From NCBI GenBank assembly GCA_038247415.1, contig JBBRUX010000058.1:1-20837 (forward strand): a stretch of 20,837 nucleotides of DNA. Direction: 5' to 3'. The notes beneath the pieces are model-generated. The model did no database searches and was not told where the DNA came from. It saw nothing but the letters and a program-made list of their open reading frames with translations. Position 1 is the stretch's first letter, and every line of letters begins with the position of its first letter. This stretch comes from Chitinivibrionales bacterium (lineage in GTDB: Bacteria; Fibrobacterota; Chitinivibrionia; Chitinivibrionales; WJKA01). Positions 17,023 to 20,837 of the stretch are shown here, piece after piece. The translations under genes were made by a program, and so were the position numbers.

Positions 17023-17075
17023 TGCTCAATGTATATCAAACTCTTTTAGGTTTTGGATATCCTACAAAAACCCTC

Positions 17076-17104
17076 ATTATAATAGAATACCCAAATCCCG
17101 GCAA
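17076..17104 (-). promoter_or_regulatory. Sigma70-type promoter for the TIGR02147-LRR operon
   Basis: Minus strand TTGCCG (17104-17099), 17-nt spacer, TATAAT (17081-17076); predicted TSS near 17069. Confidence 0.75.
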
Positions 17105-17129
17105 AAGATCAATGATTTAGGCTATTATC

Positions 17130-17148
17130 TGTTGCCAGTCTGGCAACA
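17130..17148. promoter_or_regulatory. Perfect palindrome, putative transcription-factor operator
   Basis: TGTTGCCAG-T-CTGGCAACA; half-site GGCAACACT recurs at 17240-17248. Confidence 0.65.
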
Positions 17149-17487
17149 CTATCTAGAAATATTTTTATTTTTTTGTATTATTTTTCAATAAGTTACAATT
17201 AATTTCTATATTAATTTGAGGATAAACAAGCATTTTTTAGGCAACACTTTGGATATCTAAAAAAAGCATTTGAATCTGTGTCACAAAGTTGGCTTTATGC
17301 ATAAAAATCGGATATATTATAGGAATAGCTTGTATGCAAGGGCTGTAATGATTCTTTGCCTGAGTGTATTTTATTGTCATAACGCTGAAATCGGTGCATT
17401 ATTAATAAGGATCAAGTCATTTCTTAGTTTTGCTTGTTTTGTTTCTCTATAACCGCTTAAATACCTTGCAACAGATGAGACTTACGC

Positions 17488-19320
17488 ATGGATAACACCA
17501 CTCCTGATCAAAACAATCCCGAAAAGCCAACTCCTCCACAAAGACCCTCGCGTGGAAACATGCTCCCTGAAACAAGCGTCTTTAAGGGCCGGCCGGTTCA
17601 ATCCTCCACAAACCAAAGTGGCGAAGCACCTGTAAACCCCGCTGCCAAGGTATTTCGTATTGGCGCCGGCGTGGTTAAATCGCTCATTGCACAGGGTGCT
17701 TATTCCAAGGTTTATAAAACCTGGTGCGAAAACATCGAAGAATTCCGCGTTGTAAAGATATTGCTGAATACCGATCAAGGAGATATCAAGCGACGATTTG
17801 AAGTTGAAGGAAAACTTTCGGCAAAACTGCGTCACCCCAATATCATTACCATTCATGGTCTGGGGGAATACAACAAATACCCGTACATCGAAATGGAATA
17901 CATCGATGGAGGGTCGATATCTCAAATCATTACGCATCTTGGACGCATACCGGATGATATTTGCTGTTCGGTTGGCATGGGCGTTGCGCGGGCTTTATCC
18001 TACGCACACACCCGTGAAATTTCTATGTTGGGCAATACCTATCAGGGGTTTATCCATCGCGATCTTAAGCCCGCCAACGTTATGATTAGTAAAGATGGTC
18101 ATGTTAAGCTTTTAGATTTTGGAATCGCACGGCCCGCTTCTGCCAGTTTGCACAATACGATGGCCGATGGAAATGTTATTGGGACTATGCAATACTTTTC
18201 ACCCGAACAGCTCGATGGCCTAGACCTGGATCATCGCACCGATATTTATTCGTTTGGCGCCGTCCTTTACGAAATGATGACCGGTGCAAAAACGTTTCCG
18301 CAAACCACCATGACGACGCTCGTTCGCATGAAATCGATGAATACGTTTCGATCGTTCACCGATTTCGATTTTCCTATTTCTCCTTTTTTGCAGCCTATTG
18401 TAGAAAAATGCCTCGAATTTGACCGGGACAAACGGTACTCTACGGCAGCCGATCTTCTTAAAGATTTACAAAATGCCCAACGTCAAATCAACTCAGAAGA
18501 TCCCGATCTTCTTCTCAAGCAATTCATGTCTTCTCCACGCAACTATGCAGCCAAGCGTCAAACGGTAACCATTCCAGCAATTCCTCCTCCTCCGCAAGAA
18601 ACCGTAGCACTACCTCAATCTATGCCCAATGCCGCACCGCTAGAGCCAGACGTTACACCCTCAAAAAAACAAGTACCAATTATGCTTATTGGGATTATTG
18701 CAGCTGCAGTGCTTTTAGGGGTCTTTGCAACACTGCTCTTTACAGGAGCGTTTCGACAAAAGCCTAAACTAACCGCAGCTGCTGCAGCACCCGTAATTGA
18801 CGAGTACAAGAAAACTCTCCAAGCAGCTAAAGATGCCGTTAAAGACCATTATTACACGCAAGCGATTTCAATCTTTGAAACACTGCGGGCCTCAGACCCA
18901 AGCGATACGATTGTTCGACTTCATCTTATCGATTGCTATGTGGCAACACGCCAAATCGAAAATGCTCAAGAGCTTATTGACATAGCTCCCATTAACGATG
19001 CTGTTTACTATCTGTTAAGTGGGTATCTGGCCCATAAACGGGGAGAAACATCACGCGGAATTCAACTTCTCGATTCGGCCCAATACTTGCCAAGTCTTAT
19101 TCGGCCTCAAGCAGATGTGCTGCAAGATGCAGCCTATTTTTCGGCAATGATCCTTGATTCGTCATACCGGGTTAATCCATCGCCAGAAAATTACAAACGA
19201 GATTTAACTTCTTGGGAAAATGTCAAACAGGCCTATAGTACCAAACAACATCACTCCCGTTTTGCGTATGCAGATAAACGACTTACAGAATTACTCGATG
19301 TAACACCGGCGCGTTTTTGA
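17488..19320 (+). CDS. Membrane-anchored Hanks-type Ser/Thr protein kinase with extracytoplasmic TPR-like domain
   Basis: IAQGAYSKVY, VVKIL, HPNII, HRDLKPAN, DFG, GTMQYFSPEQ, DIYSFG; Pro-rich linker; TM helix IMLIGIIAAAVLLGVFATLLF; helical TPR-like C-terminus. Confidence 0.95.
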   Translation: MDNTTPDQNNPEKPTPPQRPSRGNMLPETSVFKGRPVQSSTNQSGEAPVNPAAKVFRIGAGVVKSLIAQGAYSKVYKTWCENIEEFRVVKILLNTDQGDIKRRFEVEGKLSAKLRHPNIITIHGLGEYNKYPYIEMEYIDGGSISQIITHLGRIPDDICCSVGMGVARALSYAHTREISMLGNTYQGFIHRDLKPANVMISKDGHVKLLDFGIARPASASLHNTMADGNVIGTMQYFSPEQLDGLDLDHRTDIYSFGAVLYEMMTGAKTFPQTTMTTLVRMKSMNTFRSFTDFDFPISPFLQPIVEKCLEFDRDKRYSTAADLLKDLQNAQRQINSEDPDLLLKQFMSSPRNYAAKRQTVTIPAIPPPPQETVALPQSMPNAAPLEPDVTPSKKQVPIMLIGIIAAAVLLGVFATLLFTGAFRQKPKLTAAAAAPVIDEYKKTLQAAKDAVKDHYYTQAISIFETLRASDPSDTIVRLHLIDCYVATRQIENAQELIDIAPINDAVYYLLSGYLAHKRGETSRGIQLLDSAQYLPSLIRPQADVLQDAAYFSAMILDSSYRVNPSPENYKRDLTSWENVKQAYSTKQHHSRFAYADKRLTELLDVTPARF

Positions 19321-19350
19321 GTTAAACTCCGGTTTTCATTTAAATTAATC

Positions 19351-20387
19351 TCACGCTACAGCTTCTGTCAAACATTGTATTTCTTGCCATTCCGGTCTTT
19401 CCTCCTTTTCAAAAAGCTTGTTAGCTGTGCATAGGTTCTCCTGCAACCGTATTTTCCAGGCTTTTGCAAGACGTTCTTTGCGTAAAGCAAGTATTGCCTT
19501 GTCTTCGCCGCAATGCCGTTGTACAGGCGTTACATAACCGAGTCTCCCATGAAGTCGAACGTTGTTGTAAAAATTGAAATAAGCCGTGAAATAGACGAGC
19601 GCTTCAACATCATCGGTAAATGCCTCCGGATACTCCACAAAGCCCTTGGTGGTGGCGAACAATGACTCCACAAATGGATTATCATTGGGTGTACGAGGAC
19701 GGGCAAACTTCTGAGTAATTCCCCTATCTTTTACGAATCTTTTAAATGATTTTGCCTTCATCTGGGTTCCACGATCATTAAACAAAATCAACATTTTTGT
19801 TTGCTCTTCAGTTAAACCCTCATTGTCAACTCCTTCCGCAATCAGTTCTTTTCCTTCGGCATTTACAATGCCCCAACTTATCCGAAAAGCCACAACCTTC
19901 CGAGAATACTCATCCAGCACCATCGCTGAGACGGAACAGTAAGCTCCGGACGATCCGGTTTACGACTATTTCCATTGCGATGACTTCGGCCACTGCGGTC
20001 GGTGGTCAAACCTTGATCGCGCATAACCCGGTACACTGTTGAGGCGCTTACCGCAATACTACCGGCATCCACGCCCCTGGCTGTCAGAACACGATGCGAA
20101 TCATCAACATACTGCTCGTCTTTGGATAGTGTGACAATGGCCACGTGTTCCTCTGGCAGCAGTGCATGAGGGGGCATGAATCGGCCCCGACTTGGTATCC
20201 GCAAGCCCCGGCCGTGCAAACCACTCACGAACACGGCGCGGATCAATGTGCAGCAGCGCACATGTCCGATCTCGGGTAATACCGTTTTGTTTACTTTCTA
20301 CAATTGTTTCAATAATCGCAGTTTTTGTTTCCGTGGATACTCGTTCGCCTCGAATAGGGCCAATTATTCCCCATTCACTTTTTTTTT
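19351..20387 (-). pseudogene. IS3-family OrfB (DDE/rve transposase), frameshifted and internally deleted
   Basis: The -1 frame after the A9 run reads KKSEWGIIGPIRGERVSTETK..GPIHAP; frameshift in the G5 run 20170-20174; then HALLPEE..SASTVYRVMR..PELTVPSQRWCW; break near 19915; then DEYSRKVVA..NDRGTQMKA..NDNPFVESLFATTK. Confidence 0.88.
20352..20387 (-). other. Programmed -1 ribosomal frameshift signal
   Basis: CTT AAA AAA AAA GTG (A9, 20387-20379) followed by hairpin GAAUGGGG-loop-CCCUAUUC; OrfB is in the -1 frame. Confidence 0.7.
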
Positions 20388-20648
20388 AAGCACCATGAAG
20401 TCGACAGTCAGAGCTGCTAGCGTCTTCTCTTGAATCGTAAACTCCCGTTTCAATGTTTCATGCTGTTCTAACGGAATTTCCATCTGCCGCTTTTTTCCTG
20501 GGCGCATTTGTCCCAGAGCCTTGATACTTGCTTCTTTAGAAATATCTTCGTACCGTTTAAGATCGTTCTGGTAAAGTCCTTCCCGACGCAAAATCTCTCC
20601 ACGCTTTCCCGGATTGTTCTTGACCTCTTGAAGGACTTGATACTGCAA
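20364..20648 (-). pseudogene. IS3-family OrfA, apparently 5'-truncated
   Basis: YQVLQEV..GEILRREGLY..coiled coil..LKKK. The coding sequence abuts the inverted repeat with no SD or usual N-terminus. Confidence 0.7.
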
Positions 20649-20748
20649 ATTAGTTTAATTGAACCGGGAAACCGGAGCGGAACTCAGAAACGGGGGGATA
20701 AATACATCTGTTTTGCTATTTCCTTTCCGTTTGTTGTATTTTTATTGC

Positions 20749-20837
20749 ATGGTCAAAATTCACGATACTTGGTATAAAACGCTCTTCAGCAATCCTTCGG
20801 TTGTCGAAGACTTACTCACCTCGTTTGTAGAAGAACA
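20749..20837 (+). CDS. Rpn family recombination-promoting nuclease / YhgA-like putative transposase (5' fragment, runs off the window)
   Basis: Manual translation MVKIHDTWYKTLFSNPSVVEDLLTSFVEE matches the HDxxYKxLFSxPxxVxDLL N-terminus of the Transposase_31/Rpn family; only 29 codons visible. Confidence 0.8.
   Translation, partial: MVKIHDTWYKTLFSNPSVVEDLLTSFVEE

Larger units (their letters stand above)
19299..20706 (-). mobile_element. Degenerate IS3-family insertion sequence
   Basis: Imperfect terminal inverted repeats TGTA..CGTTTTTGAGTTAAACTCCGGTTT..TCATTTAAATTAAT versus TGTA..CGTTTCTGAGTTCCGCTCCGGTTT..TCAATTAAACTAAT; orfA/orfB layout. The ends could alternatively be 19318/20686 (TG..CA). 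No target duplication seen for either choice. Confidence 0.8.

Noticed and set aside
16960..17025. Resemblance of the leader to a c-di-GMP-I riboswitch (GCAA..hairpin..CUAA..AGC.UUGC)
   Set aside because: Lacks GACGCAAAGC and the GNRA loop on P2; only scattered matches.

Overview
Bacterial chromosomal window dominated by cell-envelope genes. It is most consistent with a Fibrobacterota (Chitinivibrionia-like) genome, inferred from the TIGR02147 gene plus downstream lipoprotein arrangement and T9SS-type sorting signals. Left to right: a PorW/SprE-like TPR lipoprotein running off the left edge (missed by the ORF track), a putative porin, an S8 protease with a T9SS-type C-terminal domain, two tandem OmpA/TSP3-repeat paralogues, an outer-membrane beta-barrel, bioH-like and bioB genes, a TIGR02147 regulator plus LRR-lipoprotein operon, a divergent membrane Ser/Thr kinase, a decayed IS3-family element whose end supplies the kinase stop codon, and the start of an Rpn/YhgA-like nuclease gene at the right edge (also missed by the ORF track). 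The most notable signals are: (i) a sigma70 promoter followed by a ~270-nt leader containing a candidate multi-hairpin RNA, with a perfect 19-bp palindrome just upstream, in front of the TIGR02147-LRR operon; (ii) strong enrichment of Asp-Ser/Thr motifs in exported but not cytoplasmic proteins, suggesting Bacteroidota-like general O-glycosylation; (iii) a BioB with a non-E. coli auxiliary-cluster ligand set. All family assignments are by manual motif recognition; no searches were run.
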